From positions 15,500,001 through 15,564,000 of the forward strand of contig OZ024758.1 of the NCBI GenBank assembly GCA_964016885.1: 64,000 nucleotides of DNA, in the 5' to 3' direction. Shown piece by piece: positions 1 to 15,085 of this stretch. Each line of letters opens with the position of its first letter. Within the stretch, counting starts at the first letter, position 1. Source of the DNA: Eledone cirrhosa (taxonomy: Eukaryota). A program made the position numbers and the translations under genes. Below the pieces are notes generated by a model, which ran no database searches, was not told the DNA's origin, and saw only the letters and a program-made list of their open reading frames with translations.

Positions 1-322
1 CAAAGCCCCTACATTCTTTGCTAGCTTGCTGGAGACCCCAGCTACACCTCTTGTATATGTGTACTCATAGTTTACATTGGGTACACAGAATATGTGTAAA
101 TATGTGTCTCAATACTGCTGCATCTTAGGCCCAGAGTCCACCACCCTGTCCCCATTTTTCTGTGATGCTAGAGTCCTTGCCTTTTCCGTTTTTAGTGTCT
201 GTCTTATTAATGAAGTCAACCAAAAATTAAAAGATTAAAGCAATAGTTTCTTGGGACTGTTTAGATATTTAGTCAAATGCATAATGGTGTCTCATTTATA
301 TCTGATATTTATTATTTTGCAG

Positions 323-504
323 TTGTTTTATTTGAAGACAATTTTGAAAAGGAATTGGTTCAGCTGTTGTCAGTGTTACTTACATTGTCATCATACTACA
401 ACAGTTGGTTCTTATGCCAAAACCTGGCATCTTTTTCCCAGCTATCTAATTCCTTGGTAACTACACTGAAAAAGCTGAAATTTGAAATTATCCAGTTTTT
501 CAAG
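323..504 (+). CDS. Internal exon (first visible) of an uncharacterised multi-exon gene A; upstream exons lie outside the window
   Basis: ttttgcag acceptor, open frame VLFEDNFEKELVQLL...IIQFFK, aag|gtgaga donor; joins in frame to the 1023 exon. Confidence 0.75.
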
Positions 505-1022
505 GTGAGACGATCTTCAGCTTTAAATTCTAACTTTATATTCAGTTCATTATTTTCAAATTATTTGATGATAATTCTGTAGAAAATAAGAAATTAGAAA
601 AAAAGGTTCCATATTTTAACCATTTACTATTGTATTTTCACAGTAAACACTTTATCTCATATAATATTTCACATTATATTGAATCTATGAGATTTTGATA
701 TTATTTATTTTGAGAACAATACCTTAATATCAGTATAACTGGCCAGTTATGGCTGGTTTAAATGCTATAAGGTTGTGTGGACTGAGTGCTTTTTGTTGTA
801 ACACCAATACGACCACGTTACAGTGGGGCTTGGTAATTTTGTTGCGACACCAATACAACCACGTTACAGTGTGGGCTTGGCAATTTTGTTGTGACAACAA
901 TACGACCACTTTACAGTGTTGGTTGGGTGGTTTTTGTCGTGACACCAATACGACCACATTTCAGTATGGTCTGGGTGCTTTTTATTGTGATACCTATTAT
1001 ATTATTATTTTTTTAAATTTAG

Positions 1023-1169
1023 GCTTTCAGCAACCAATGTAAAAAAACCATTCAAGAAGTTGGTGCCAACATTAATAGTTCCATTGAAGACATTGTGATG
1101 AAAACTGCCAAATGTTCGTTGGTTACTAACCAATTAATAATGGTGACTTCTAATGACATTGATATAGAG
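1023..1169 (+). CDS. Gene A exon (49 codons)
   Basis: tttag acceptor, AFSNQCKKTIQEV...NDIDIE, gag|gtaag donor, phase 0-0. Confidence 0.8.
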
Positions 1170-1442
1170 GTAAGAAGGTTTATTTTCATATATGTACATT
1201 ATTCTATGTACTATACATGCACCTTTGATGAATTGTAGTGCACCTGAGCACAGTACACAATAATTTTCATTATTATTATATCACGGTCTGAGTTAAAATC
1301 TCGCCAAAGTTAACTTTGCTTTTCATCCTTACGGGGTTGATAAAATAAAGTACCAGTAATGTACTGGGTAATTGCTGGCCTTGTGCCAAAAGTAGAAACA
1401 ATTATTATTATATCATTATGTCACTATGACTTTATATAATAT

Positions 1443-1636
1443 TACGATGGTCACATAAAAAGTTCATAGGCTGACTATGAAGGAGTGATGCCAGAGCTGT
1501 GAAATCTTGCATGCATTAATTTCTTCTTAATAATTGCATTGTTTCCTTTCAGTTACTATGTTAAAAAATAAACCTCATTTGGTTATTCCATGAGAGTATC
1601 TTGGTCAGCTTTGGAACTTTCCAGCCGACCCTCGTA
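1443..1636. mobile_element. Tc1/mariner-type MITE
   Basis: TA-cgatggtc...aaaagttc...gctgac and gtcagc...gaactttt...gaccctcg-TA imperfect TIRs with TA flanks. Confidence 0.6.
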
Positions 1637-1949
1637 CATATACAAAACACGTGCACATCATAACCTACCTATTTCACCTTTTTCCATTGACATTCATCTT
1701 ATTTGCTATAAAATAGCTTTGTTTCTCTCTTAGCTTTCTACAGCTGGATACCCTTCCCAACACCAACCACTTTACAAAATGTACTGGGGTGTTTTTATTG
1801 TGTAGATCACCAATACTAGGGAGGCTGTCACATCCTCAACACAACTAAAGAGTCCTCTCAACCCTTTATTTCTATTTAATCTATTATAAAATATCTTTTA
1901 TTTATTGACTTTACTAATTTTTGTTTATTTCTTTTCTATTTTTTTTTAG

Positions 1950-2087
1950 ATCAATAATTTTAATATTTTAAAGATATTCTTGGAAGGTTGCAAACGTTTT
2001 ATTATCAACAATCTTCAAAAATCTATTAAACACATAGACCAAGTGTTACTTCCTCACTCTGTTCCTGGGACCCTAAATATGACAAAG
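1950..2087 (+). CDS. Gene A exon (46 codons)
   Basis: Long pyrimidine tract + ag, INNFNILKIFLEGCKRF...LNMTK, aag|gtttgg donor, phase 0-0. Confidence 0.8.
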
Positions 2088-2350
2088 GTTTGGATTATTT
2101 ATTTATTCATTTTTTATAGTATTCTATTTTATTTTATAGGCTCAAACATGGCCGAGTAGTTAAAGAGTTTGATTTTCAACCATGTGGCTTTGGGTTCACT
2201 CCCATCTGTCCAGCGATTCTTTCCTGAGACATTCTAACCACATGCTCATAGTATCAGAGCTGTGATCTCTCAATTCAGAAAAGATTGTTAAAATAGTAAA
2301 TTAAATTCAGTATTTTATAATGTTATTTTTTTTTTTCTGTCTACTTTCAG

Positions 2351-2425
2351 CTTGACCTTTCCAAAACCATTCTATATTTGGTTGCAACAATAAAATCATT
2401 CTTAGAGGAGTTTTATAAAATATTG
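2351..2425 (+). CDS. Gene A exon (25 codons)
   Basis: ctttcag acceptor, LDLSKTILYLVATIKSFLEEFYKIL, ttg|gtgagt donor. Confidence 0.8.
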
Positions 2426-3131
2426 GTGAGTCAAATTTGTTTTCATATCGTTAAATCGTTAAAGCAAAATTTCCATTATACCATTTCCATTTCTAATGCA
2501 CTATATTTTAATTAATTAATGAAGAATTTAAAGGGTTTTACTTAAATTATTAAACTCTATATATACTATTGTATTTTTTGTGGTAAAGGCTTTACCTCAC
2601 ATAATATTAAATCTACGAGATTCTGATGTTATCTATTCTAAAATCAATATCTTAACATTGGTATGAGCGGCCAATTATGACCAGTTTAAACAGAAAGAGG
2701 TGAGAGAATTCTAGCCGGATATGACCGGTTTAAATGCTAAAGGGTTAAATCCAATGAAGATTCAACAGATAAGAAACATTTGTACAGTTGTGTAGTTTCT
2801 TATATTGTGAACTAAAGCTATAACCGAAATAAGTTTAAATTGATATAGTTACACTTGAAATGTTATATGACGGAAAATAATTTATCTTAACATTGTTATG
2901 AGCAGCCAGTTATAACCGGTTTGAACCGGTGAGAGAATTCTGGCCGGATATGGCTGGTTTAAATGCAGAGGAGTTAAATAAGAATCCTTTATAATGGAAA
3001 GCTTTGTTTCATAAAACCAGAGATAGTTTTGGCTGAGTTAGTATTAAAAGGGTTAATTTAGCAATTAGAAATATTTCATAATTAAAAAAAAAAATTTTTC
3101 ATATAAAAAACAAAACGTTCTTTTCATCCAG

Positions 3132-3279
3132 ACCAATATGTTTGAGAGTAAATGGAAAAGAAAAACATTCTTTACCTCACAACTGTACAAAGATTATCAA
3201 ACTCACCATGTCAGCATAAAGGAACTTGTTGAAAGTGGATCATCTCTAATTCTTCTTCTTAAGACAACTTCCAATAAAG
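3132..3279 (+). CDS. Gene A exon
   Basis: catccag acceptor, TNMFESKWKRKTFF...KTTSNK, aaag|gtttgt donor in phase 1, matching the next exon. Confidence 0.8.
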
Positions 3280-3891
3280 GTTTGTGTTTATTATCCTTTA
3301 CCTTTCATCCATTCAAGGTCGATAAAAAAGTACCAGTCTAGTACTGAGGCCAATTTTTCCTCTATATCTCTTTCTCATTTCTTCTCTCTCACTTTCTATC
3401 TTTCTCTGGAAGAAATCTGCTGTATTCAGGCCTGCAAAAGAGATGGGCACTGCCAGGTTTAAAAATGTCCAAGAAACGCTGTATGTCAATATGGCACTTC
3501 TAAACTCTATCAGGAATTACAGGACCCCACATGCATACATACTTAGTCTGTTACCAGTTTCAATAACCCTTCTACAGTCAAGGACCAAGGTTATGCTGGG
3601 GCACCACAGAACTTATTTCATGTGTTTTGTGTCAACATGTGGTGTGCTAATGAAGAGGGGAGTGTCACTGAAATTATAGGGATATGTGTATAATATTTGT
3701 AAGTATGCACACGTACACACACGCATATATATACACATAATATTTAATATATTACAATGACAACAACAGCCATTTTGAAATCCTTTACGTACTATATTCC
3801 TAATGTAACACACACAACCTGTGTGTTTCAGCATATTTTGAAAATAAGGAAAGATTATTGAAATGGTTTATATTTCTTTTAAATTTTTCAG

Positions 3892-4160
3892 ATAAAATCA
3901 AAAGAGCTGATAATATACTCACAAAATTTGATGGAATTTCTTCAAATATTGAAAAACTTTCTCTCTTGGTAAAAGAATTGAAACGTGTTAAACCAGCTTC
4001 AAGTGACAGTGGAAGTAATTCTGGGGACTTGGATGTATTTGGTGCTTCAAAAGAGAATAATTTAAAACAATTGGAATCTATTAAACAAGAGACATTATTG
4101 ATTGGCAAAAAATTAAAATCAATTATTGAAAAGCCGCAATTTGTAACAAGACGTAATTAG
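3892..4160 (+). CDS. Gene A probable terminal coding exon
   Basis: tttttcag acceptor in phase 1 (G+AT = D), DKIKRADNILTKFDG...PQFVTRRN then TAG at 4158-4160. Confidence 0.75.
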
Positions 4161-4822
4161 TACATTATATATATATTATATTAACCCTTTAGCATTTACT
4201 ATTATATTTAAAGTCTTGACTTCTCATAATTGTCTCACATAATATCGAATCTTTGAGATTTTGATATTTATTTTGAGAACAATACCTTAACATCAGTATG
4301 AGCGGTTTGTCACAACTGGTTTGAACAGAAAAAAAGGTGAAAGAATTCTGGCCAGATACGGCCGGTTTAAATGCTAAAGGGTTGACTTAGTGTTTTATAT
4401 TCAAATGTATATAGTACTAGATTTATAGTTTAATAATATTGAAGGCACATGGCCTCATGGTTAGGGTATATTATATATGTATCTATATTACAAATATAGA
4501 CGATGATATATTTATGTGTGTGTATAAAAATATATATCTATTTATTATATAACTATCTAGCTATCTCTCTTTCTCTCTCTCTATATATATCTCTCTCTCT
4601 ATATATATCTCTCTCTCTATATATATATATCTCTCTCTCTCTATATATATATCTCTATATATCTCTCTCTATATATCTCTCTCTCTATATATTTCTCTCT
4701 ATATATCTCTCTCTATATATATATCTCTCTATATATATATCTCTCTATATATATATCTCTCTATATATATATCTCTCTCTATATATATATCTATCTATAT
4801 ATATATATCTCTCTCTCTATAT

Positions 4823-7033
4823 CATCATCATCATCATCAACGTTTAACGTCCGTGTTCCACGCTTGCATGGGTTTGGACGGGGGTAGTCCCACTTGAGGC
4901 AAGAGTGATTGTCTTGCTCGCATAGGACTGTCTGGCAGGTTTTCTACAGTTGGATGCCCTTCCTAACACCAACCACATTTACAGTGTGGGTCTGGGAGGT
5001 TTTTACCGTGTTGCCTACACGGCCACATTACAGCGTGGACTGTGTGTTTTTTTGTCGTGACACCTACACGATCTCATTTGTTTCGGCCTCGATGGCGCGG
5101 CACCAACATAACTTTACATAGAACGGGGTGGTGTGGATCGGGTGGGGGTGGTGGTGGTGGGACGGGGTGTATTTTGTTAGAGATGCCTACTGGCTGGAGT
5201 AGGTTTTACTATATATTTAGGTAAGGCGGGTCTTCTCTGTTACTGAGTACCGCCAAAGGTCTCGGTCCAGTGACATTGTCTTGGAGAGGTGTAAGTGTGT
5301 GATGTCGGAGTTTATCAGCTCGTCCCAGGTTTTTCTAGGTCTGCCTATTCCGTGACTACCGTCTATCTTTATTGCCCTGCACTTTGTTATACAGCTATCG
5401 ACTTTCATGCGCATCACGTGTCCATACCAACGTAGCCTTCTCTCGAGTAAACAACATCTGATCCCTCTTATCTCTAATTTTTTCCTTAGTTCGTTTATGC
5501 TTTGCCGTTCACGTATATTACTGTTACACATCCAGCGGAGCATGCAAGCTTCGTTCCTCTCTAGTCTGCGTATATCCTCTGCACACAATGCCCAGGTCTC
5601 ACTGCCATGCAACATTGCTGTTCGTATGCAGGCATCGTACAACCTGCCTTTCATTTTTAGTGAGAACCCTTTAGCAGCTAATAGTGGTATAAGCTCTCTG
5701 AACTTTTTCCAACCAGTTCTGACTCTAGCTACAGTACTTTCAGAGCACCCTCCCCCACTGCTGATTTTATCGCCCAGGTAACGGAAGCTGTCCACTATTT
5801 CTATAGAACCCTCTGCGCAATTGAAAGAGCTAGTAGTTTGTGGGCACTTGCTGCTACTTATTGCACCAGAGCACCGGCCACATGTAAAATCTATGTTCTT
5901 AGTTAGCTTACCTGTGATCCCACTACATCTTTTATGCACCCATACTTTGCATTTAGGACATAAAATGGAGTTTCTACCTACGCCTTTCCTACACACCGAG
6001 CACGACCATTTCCCAGAAGGGACCGCCGCCTTGTTTTCTTTCCTACAAACTAGTACTTTGGTCTTAGCCAGGTTAATTTTAAGTCCTTTTGACTCTAGGC
6101 CGTGCTTCCATGTTTGGAATTTCTTCTCTAGCTCGGCCATTGATTCCGCTATGAGTGTCAGGTCGTCTGCGTATAGGAGTTCCCATGGGCAGCCTGTCTT
6201 GAACTCCTCTGTTATAGCCTGAAGGGCAATAATAAATAGTAGTGGACTGAGAACAGAGCCCTGATGGACGCCAACTTTTACGCTAAACTCTTCACTATAT
6301 TCGTTGTTAATTCTAACCTTGCTGACTGTTTCTTTATACATGGCTTGTATAGCCCTCACAAGCCATTCGTCAACGCCTAGTTTTCTAAGAGCCCACCAGA
6401 TAATGGAGCGGGGGACTCTGTCGAAGGCTTTCTCCAAGTCGACAAAAGCTAAGTAGAGGGGTTTACCTTTAGCTAGGTACTTCTCCTGTAGTTGTCGTAC
6501 TATGAAAAGAGCGTCTGTGGTACTTTTGCCTGACACAAACCCGAACTGCATTTCATCTAGGTCAATTCTCTCTCTGATTAGTTGCGCTATTACTCTTTCC
6601 GTGACCTTCATGACCTGGTCGATTAATTTAATGCCTCTATAGTTACTCCTATCTAGGGCGTCTCCTTTACCCTTATAACAGTTAACGATGATGCTGCTAT
6701 GCCAGTCCTTCGGAACAACTCCATTCTGTACGACTTGGTTAACTATGCGGGTGACCATGGTGTGTCCCACCGTGCCAGATGCCTTCAGCATCTCAGCAAC
6801 TATTTCCGAAGGCCCAGCCGCCTTACCAGTCTTCATATCCTTGATTGCCTTACTTATTATACTCCCCTCGACTAACACTGCTGGTCCCTCTATTGGGTCG
6901 ATATGGGGGAGACTGCCTTTCTCCCAATTATTCTCCTCATTTAGAAGCCTTTCATAGTGACACTTCCAAGCTACCTTCTTATCAGCGTCGGTGATGGCAA
7001 GTGTGCCATCGTCGTTTAGTACACACTTCTCCC
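4823..7033 (-). mobile_element. 5'-truncated RTE-clade LINE with 3' UTR and (GAT)n tail
   Basis: RT ORF plus a 3' UTR ending in a gatgatgat tail; both ends abut TA/TC microsatellites. Confidence 0.92.
5217..7033 (-). CDS. RTE LINE reverse transcriptase (partial, frame open) with a PHD-like Cys/His finger
   Basis: Motifs NYRGIKL, QFGF, AFVDLEKAFDRV, GVHQGSVLSPLLF, LLYADD, RLRWYGHV, GRPRKTW; CSVC...CPKC...HKRC...CGRC insertion; the frame continues upstream of the listed ORF to the truncation near 7033. Confidence 0.92.
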
Positions 7034-7035
7034 CG

Positions 7036-7139
7036 ATATATATATATCTCTCTCTCTCTAAATATATATATCTCTCTATATATATATCTCTCTCTCTAAA
7101 TATATATATATCTCTCTCTCTAAATATATATATATATCA

Positions 7140-7175
<36 letters not shown>

Positions 7176-7203
7176 CACTCTCTCTCTCTATATATATATA
7201 TCA

Positions 7204-7239
<36 letters not shown>

Positions 7240-7505
7240 CACTCTCTCTCTCTATATATATATATATATATCACACTCTCTCTCTCTCTATATATATATA
7301 TCACTCTCTCTCTATATATATATATCTATCACTCTCTCTCTCTCTATATATATATATAGCTATCACTCTCTCTCTCTCTCTATATATATATATATCACTC
7401 ACTCTCTCTCTCTATATATATATATATCTATCTATCACTCTCTCTCTCTATATATATATATCTATCTATCACTCTCTCTCTCTCTATATATATATATATC
7501 TATCA

Positions 7506-7539
<34 letters not shown>

Positions 7540-7628
7540 CACTCTCTCTCTATATATATATATATATCACTCTCTCTATATATATATATCTATCTATCAC
7601 TCTCTCTCTATATATATATATATATATA
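7036..7628. repeat. (TA)n/(TC)n compound microsatellite; its counterpart at 4555-4822 lies on the other side of the RTE
   Basis: Direct inspection. Confidence 0.92.
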
Positions 7629-8718
7629 ATATGTATCATAAGGTAGTGTGGGTTTCAATTCACAGACTGGTTGATGTGTTGTGTCTCTTGAGCAGGGCTC
7701 TTCATTTCACATTGCTCCAGCTAAAGGTGAATACTAGCAGCAGTTGGGGGTTGTTAACGCTGCAACAGACTCTTGTCCAATCTAGGGGTAGTCTTGTACT
7801 CCCAGTCACTTAATTACTCATGAAACCAAGATAAACTCTGGGCTAATATTCAACCTGTGCAAAATGGAAAAATGAACATAATATGATATCTCTCTCATAT
7901 ATAATATTTATCTGTGATATATAAATTGTTTTAATTTAATACTATTATTAAAGCTTGTAGCTTATGAAGAATAAAAGGAACAAAACTTAATACAGAATTT
8001 CGTATAAATATCTTTTGCTAATACAGGTACAACACCAAATTTTGGCTAATCATGCTCTGACACCTTATTATTGTAATAGTGTTCCTCTGAAGGGTTTTTT
8101 TTAGTAACATTACTCAATAGAGTGCGTAGCTCAGAGATCAGAGAGTAGCTCCAGGTAGAGCTGCTACTTCTCTGTATTGAGGGATTGCAGCTCAATGCTA
8201 TGGACATGTGGTTAGAATGTCTCAAGAAAGGGGAAAAAAAAAAAAAAAAAAAAAATCGCTGAACAGAACCAACCGGCAAGAAGAGACCTAGCAGTAGACC
8301 CTAAGCAAGATGTTGGATAACATCTATGAGCTTGGGGATCCAGCCAAATCAGTTGAAGACAGCTGCTTCTGACAGGACCCATTGGAAGGAGTGTTTGAGG
8401 ATTCTTACCCCACATCCCTCTCATGAATAAGTCGGTGAAGGAGGAGATATTATTGTAGTTGAATGATAGGAAGCATGTTTCCAACTTTGTAATATGTTTC
8501 TAGTGGATTATTATCATATAGTCAGGTAAAATAGCTAATCCTGTACATCACGGGAACCAAGGGTGCTGGTAAATCGTTGTACCTGTATTTCTATTTTTTT
8601 CACAAAATTTTTGTAAGATTGCTGAATACAATTAGTGAATTTAATAAACCTCTCTATTAAAAGAGTATATGTTGTCTGTACATATTTCCAGTGACATCAC
8701 TTCCTGCTTATACATACT

Positions 8719-8750
<32 letters not shown>

Positions 8751-9844
8751 CTGCAGAACCCCTGACAATATATAGATAACCATTATAAATGAACACTGGT
8801 GAGAACTCCAAGATGGGAAAAACTCATCAGTATTCCACCAAATGCCAAAATGGAACATGGGGGAACACGAGAACATAGAGATAAAAATTATATCCACACA
8901 CAGAAAAGGCGCAATGTTCTTACAAATTATAGAAGCGACAAACACAAACAAACTCCAACCAAAATTAACCCTTTAGCATTTACATTACTCTATATTTACT
9001 ATTGTATTTTCATGGTAAAGGCTTTACCTCACAATTATCTCTCACAAAATTCGATCTATGAGATTTTGATATTTATTTTTAGGACAATACATTATTGTAG
9101 GTATGAGTATGGAGAGGGGGTTGTTTTGAGAATGTTTTATAGTCATGTGCCCTTCCTGATCCCTACTCTTTTAGCTGCCTCTTACGACATGCAGGGATAC
9201 GGTGTAACTTTTTAATGTACACAAACACACTCAGTATATAGAACAGGGCGGTGAATTGGTAGTATCGGTAAGGCATTAAATATACTGCTTCGCGGCCAGC
9301 CCACTTACATTCTGAGTTCAAATCCCGCCGAGGTTGGCTTTGCCTTTCATCCTTACAGGGTCGATAAAATAAAGTACCAGTAATGTTCTGGGGTGGATAT
9401 AATTGACTTTCCCCTTCCCCAAAAACTTTTGGCCTTGTGCTTGAACCAGAAACCATTATTTCCCTGTCAGAAATGCCCACCCTCTCTACCGCCCTAATTC
9501 CAACTCTTCTTGGAGTCAAGTACCTCCCAATTGAGAACCTCAGGTCAATCTACAGTAAAAACTGTCAGATGTTACAATAGTTCTTACTGTTGTGTTGTAT
9601 AGATACAATCAGATGTTTATATATCATTGTTAGTTTGAAATGTAAAGATACTATTTACAAGGAATGTTTTGTTGTAAATACACTATTGAAATAAATATAA
9701 TATCTATTGAAATACATCCAACTATTTTTAACAGATGACATTCTACCAACTTACACTGATTTATGTCTGGAATGTTATAAGACTATGTTAGAGTCAGTTA
9801 ATGAAATACTTATACACTGTGCGGGAGAGAAGACTGTTAGTATG

Positions 9845-10055
9845 AACAAATGATGCGCATGGAGGATGACCCCTGGATAAAGAAGTGCCAAGGAAGACAG
9901 TAGAGGAACAGCACGAAAATCATGGGTGGAAGTGGTGAGAGCTGACCTCAGATCACTGAAGCTAATGGAGGTCCGTGACGAATGGAGAGATGCTGTGCTG
10001 AATAGGACCCATCCAACCCTTGCAAGCAGGGAAAAGCGGGCGTAAAATGATGATG
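9845..10055 (+). mobile_element. Degraded RTE 3' fragment (50561-type); a further copy lies at 33450-33652
   Basis: gatgcgcatggaggatgac...gaaaagcgggcgtaaaatgatgatg. Confidence 0.7.
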
Positions 10056-10290
10056 TCAACATGGAAAAGATAAACATTTTGTAAATAATAATTTGATGTT
10101 AAATTGCACCACAACAACTCGGCAAGTGAGTGAGGTCTGGGATCTCGTCGATAGATCGAAGCAAGAGCTAATAACACTGACATGAAAGATAAAGGTGGGA
10201 TTTGAACTTAGAGTATTGAAAGCCATAAATATTATCCAATGCTCTAACTACACTGACCTCCTTGCCATTGGGTGTAGTTTGAACTTAGAG

Positions 10291-10843
10291 CAGAGGTTCT
10301 CAAAGTGGGTGCTACCACCCCGGAGGGCATTGAGAAGGTCCAGCAGGGTGCTGGTAGTCACTATGAATTTATTATTTATAATATCATTATAATATTGTAT
10401 ATATATGATATAATAGTATATTAACTCTTTAGCATTTACATTACTCTATATATACTATTGTATTTTTGTGGTAAAGGCTTTACCTCACATAATATCAAAT
10501 CTATGAGATTTTGATGTTATTCATTTTGAGAACAATACCTTAACATCAGTATGAATGGCTGGTTATGGCCAGTTTGAACAGAAAGAGATGAGAGAATTCT
10601 GGCCGGATATGGCTGGTTTAAATGCTAATGGGTTAAATATCAAACGATACATATAAATATAGTAAAATAAAAAATATATAATATTTATTTATACATAATA
10701 TATATTAATATTTATATATAAATTAACGATTTTATTTATTATATATTATTTACAATTTGTATATAGGCAGGTCGCTCTGAAAATAGGGTTGGGGGTGCTG
10801 AGGTTATTACATGGCGGTGGCCCCAAAAGTTTCAGAACCTCTA
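10291..10843. mobile_element. hAT-type MITE with a nested piggyBac-type MITE (10421-10636)
   Basis: Termini cagaggttctcaaa ... tttcagaacctcta; 8-bp flanks acttagag/acttagac (7/8 TSD match). Confidence 0.75.
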
Positions 10844-11204
10844 ACTTAGACTATTGAATGCCCTAACTGAATTGACAAACTGACCTACACTCTCTACAAG
10901 AAATACTTTTATCAAAGCCAACATCATCTAACAGATAAAAGGTCATGGCTACTAGGTATGTAATTAAGTTCTGAGAAGGATTGACACAGAAATGAAGGTT
11001 AGCAAATAAACAAAAAAAAAGCTATGTGTATGGTAACATCTATGTGTAGGTGTAGGTGTGTGTGGTGACATTTATAGCTGGACTCATTTATGCTGAGTTT
11101 TCTTTTTTTTTTTCATTATTTTACCTTATGTATTATCAAAATGTATTTTATGATAGTTTTGTAAAGAAACCAAGATATCCAAGCAGATATAAACCTTCAT
11201 TAGT

Positions 11205-11752
11205 TGAATCAGTCTGACTGGCTCAACTACATAGTCAGTCTCACTGGCTCAATTACACAGAATCAGTCTGACTGGCTCAACTACATAGAGTCAGTCTCAC
11301 TGGCTCAACTACATAGAGTCAGTCTCACTGGCTCAATTATACGGAATCAGTCTCACTGGCTCAATGACATACAGTCAGTCTCACTGGCTCAATGACATAC
11401 AGTCAGTCTCACTGACTCAACTACATAGTCAGTCTCACTGGCTCAACTACATAGAGTCAGTCTCACTGGCTCAACTACATAGAGTCAGTTACACAGAATC
11501 AGTCTCACTGGCTCAACAACAGAGTCAGTCTGATTGGCTCAACTACATAGAGTCAGTTACACAGAATCAGTCTCACTGGCTCAACAACAGAGTCAGTCTG
11601 ACTGGCTCAACTACATAGAGTCAGTTACACAGAATCAGTCTCACTGGCTCAACAACAGAGTCAGTCTGATTGGCTCAACTACATAGAGTCAGTCTCACTG
11701 GCTCAACCACACAGAGTCAGTCTGACTGACTCAACTACATAGAGTCTGTCAC
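11205..11752. repeat. Minisatellite, ~26-28-bp unit (agtcagtctcactggctcaactacatag)
   Basis: About 20 degenerate tandem copies. Confidence 0.9.
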
Positions 11753-12059
11753 TGATGATGATGATGTTGTTACTAGTGGTTGTGATAGTAGTAGTAGTAG
11801 TAGTGGCAGCAGTAGCAGTAACAGTGGTAGTAGCAGCAGTAGTAGTAACAGTGGTAGTAGCAGCAGTGGTAGTAGCAGCAGTAGTAACAGTAGCAGTAGT
11901 AGTATCAGCAGTAGCAGTTACACTAGTGTTAGTCAGACTTGGGATTAAGACATGAGAAGTAAATACCTTGATTATATATATTTTCTGGCAAATCAAACAA
12001 AACTAAGGTCAACTAATCATATTGATACCTCTTGATACAGACATATAAAGAAATAAACA

Positions 12060-13672
<1,613 letters not shown>

Positions 13673-13839
13673 AGCAGAGAATTAATATAGAAAGACAATT
13701 TCTTGACATCAAATATCTAAACTGGACATCTAACCTCATGGGCTATATAAGCTGAAACGTTAGAGGTAAGCAACATTTACAACATTAACAAAGATAACAC
13801 TCACCTCCTCCGATACCTCTTTCATCGACATAATTATCA

Positions 13840-14194
13840 TCAACCCTTCAGCATTTACATTACTCTGTATATACTATTGTATTTTTGTGCTAAAGGCTTT
13901 ATCTCACATAATATCGAATCTATGAGATTTTGATGTTATTTATTTTGAGAACAATACCTTAACATCAGTATAAGTGGTCGGTTACAGCCAGTTAGAGCAA
14001 AAAGAAGTGAGAGATTTCTGGCTGGATACAACCGGTTTAACTCTTCAGCATTTACATTACTCTATAATAATAATAATAATAATAATGAAATTATTGTGTA
14101 CAGTGTTCAGGTGCACTACAACTCATCAAAGGTGCATGTATAGTACATAGAATAATGTACAAATGTCAGGAAAATGAACAGTGTATGAGTCATG

Positions 14195-14227
<33 letters not shown>

Positions 14228-14777
14228 AATATTGTGTACAGTGCTCAGGTGCACCACAACTCATCAAAAAGTGCATGTACAGTACATAGGGCAATGCACA
14301 AACATCAGTAAAATGAACAGTGCACGAGTCATGATACACACGTGTGTGCATGTGTATGGAAGGGGTACATCAGGTGTAGTTTTGTAGGTATACTATTGTA
14401 TTTTTGTGCTAAAGGCTTTACCTCACATAATATCGAATCTATGAGATTTTCATGTTATTTATTTTGAGAACAATACCTTAACATCAGTATGAGTGGTCGG
14501 TTAGAGCCAGTTAGAGCAAAAAGAAGTGGGAGATTTCTGGCTGGATATAACCGGTTTAACTCTTCAGCATTTACATTACTCTATATATACTGTTGTATTT
14601 TTGTGCTAAAGGCTTGACCTCACCATAATATCGAATCTATGAGATTTTGATGTTATTCATTTTGAGAACAATACCTTAAGATAAGTATGAATGGCCAATT
14701 ACAGCCGGTCTGAACAGAAAGAGGTGAGAGAATTCTGGCCAGATATGGCCGGTTTAAATTAAATGCTAAAGGGTTAA
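13840..14777 (+). mobile_element. Tandem head-to-tail piggyBac-type MITE units interrupted by CR1 tail fragments
   Basis: Three repeats of the MITE body ending in aaatgctaaagggttaa; CR1 3' UTR pieces at 14065-14380. Confidence 0.75.
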
Positions 14778-15085
14778 CAAAGAAAATAATAGACACCGCC
14801 TCCAACACCACTTTCATCATCAAAATGATTTCACCAACCACTTTTCTACATTGTCAAGCAGGTCCTGTCAGGTTTACATCAAGACATATCTGCAATGTTT
14901 TTATTCTCCTGTCGTTGAGACACAGTAATCACAAATCAAATAAAATGATTTATTTTGGAATCCGTGTTAGGCTTTTATTAACCAACTGTTAAGAACAATT
15001 GTAAAATGTTTGAAAAGAAACACACACAAACACCACCTACAACAGCTTTCTCCTTCTGTGTGTGTATATACACACACATACATAT

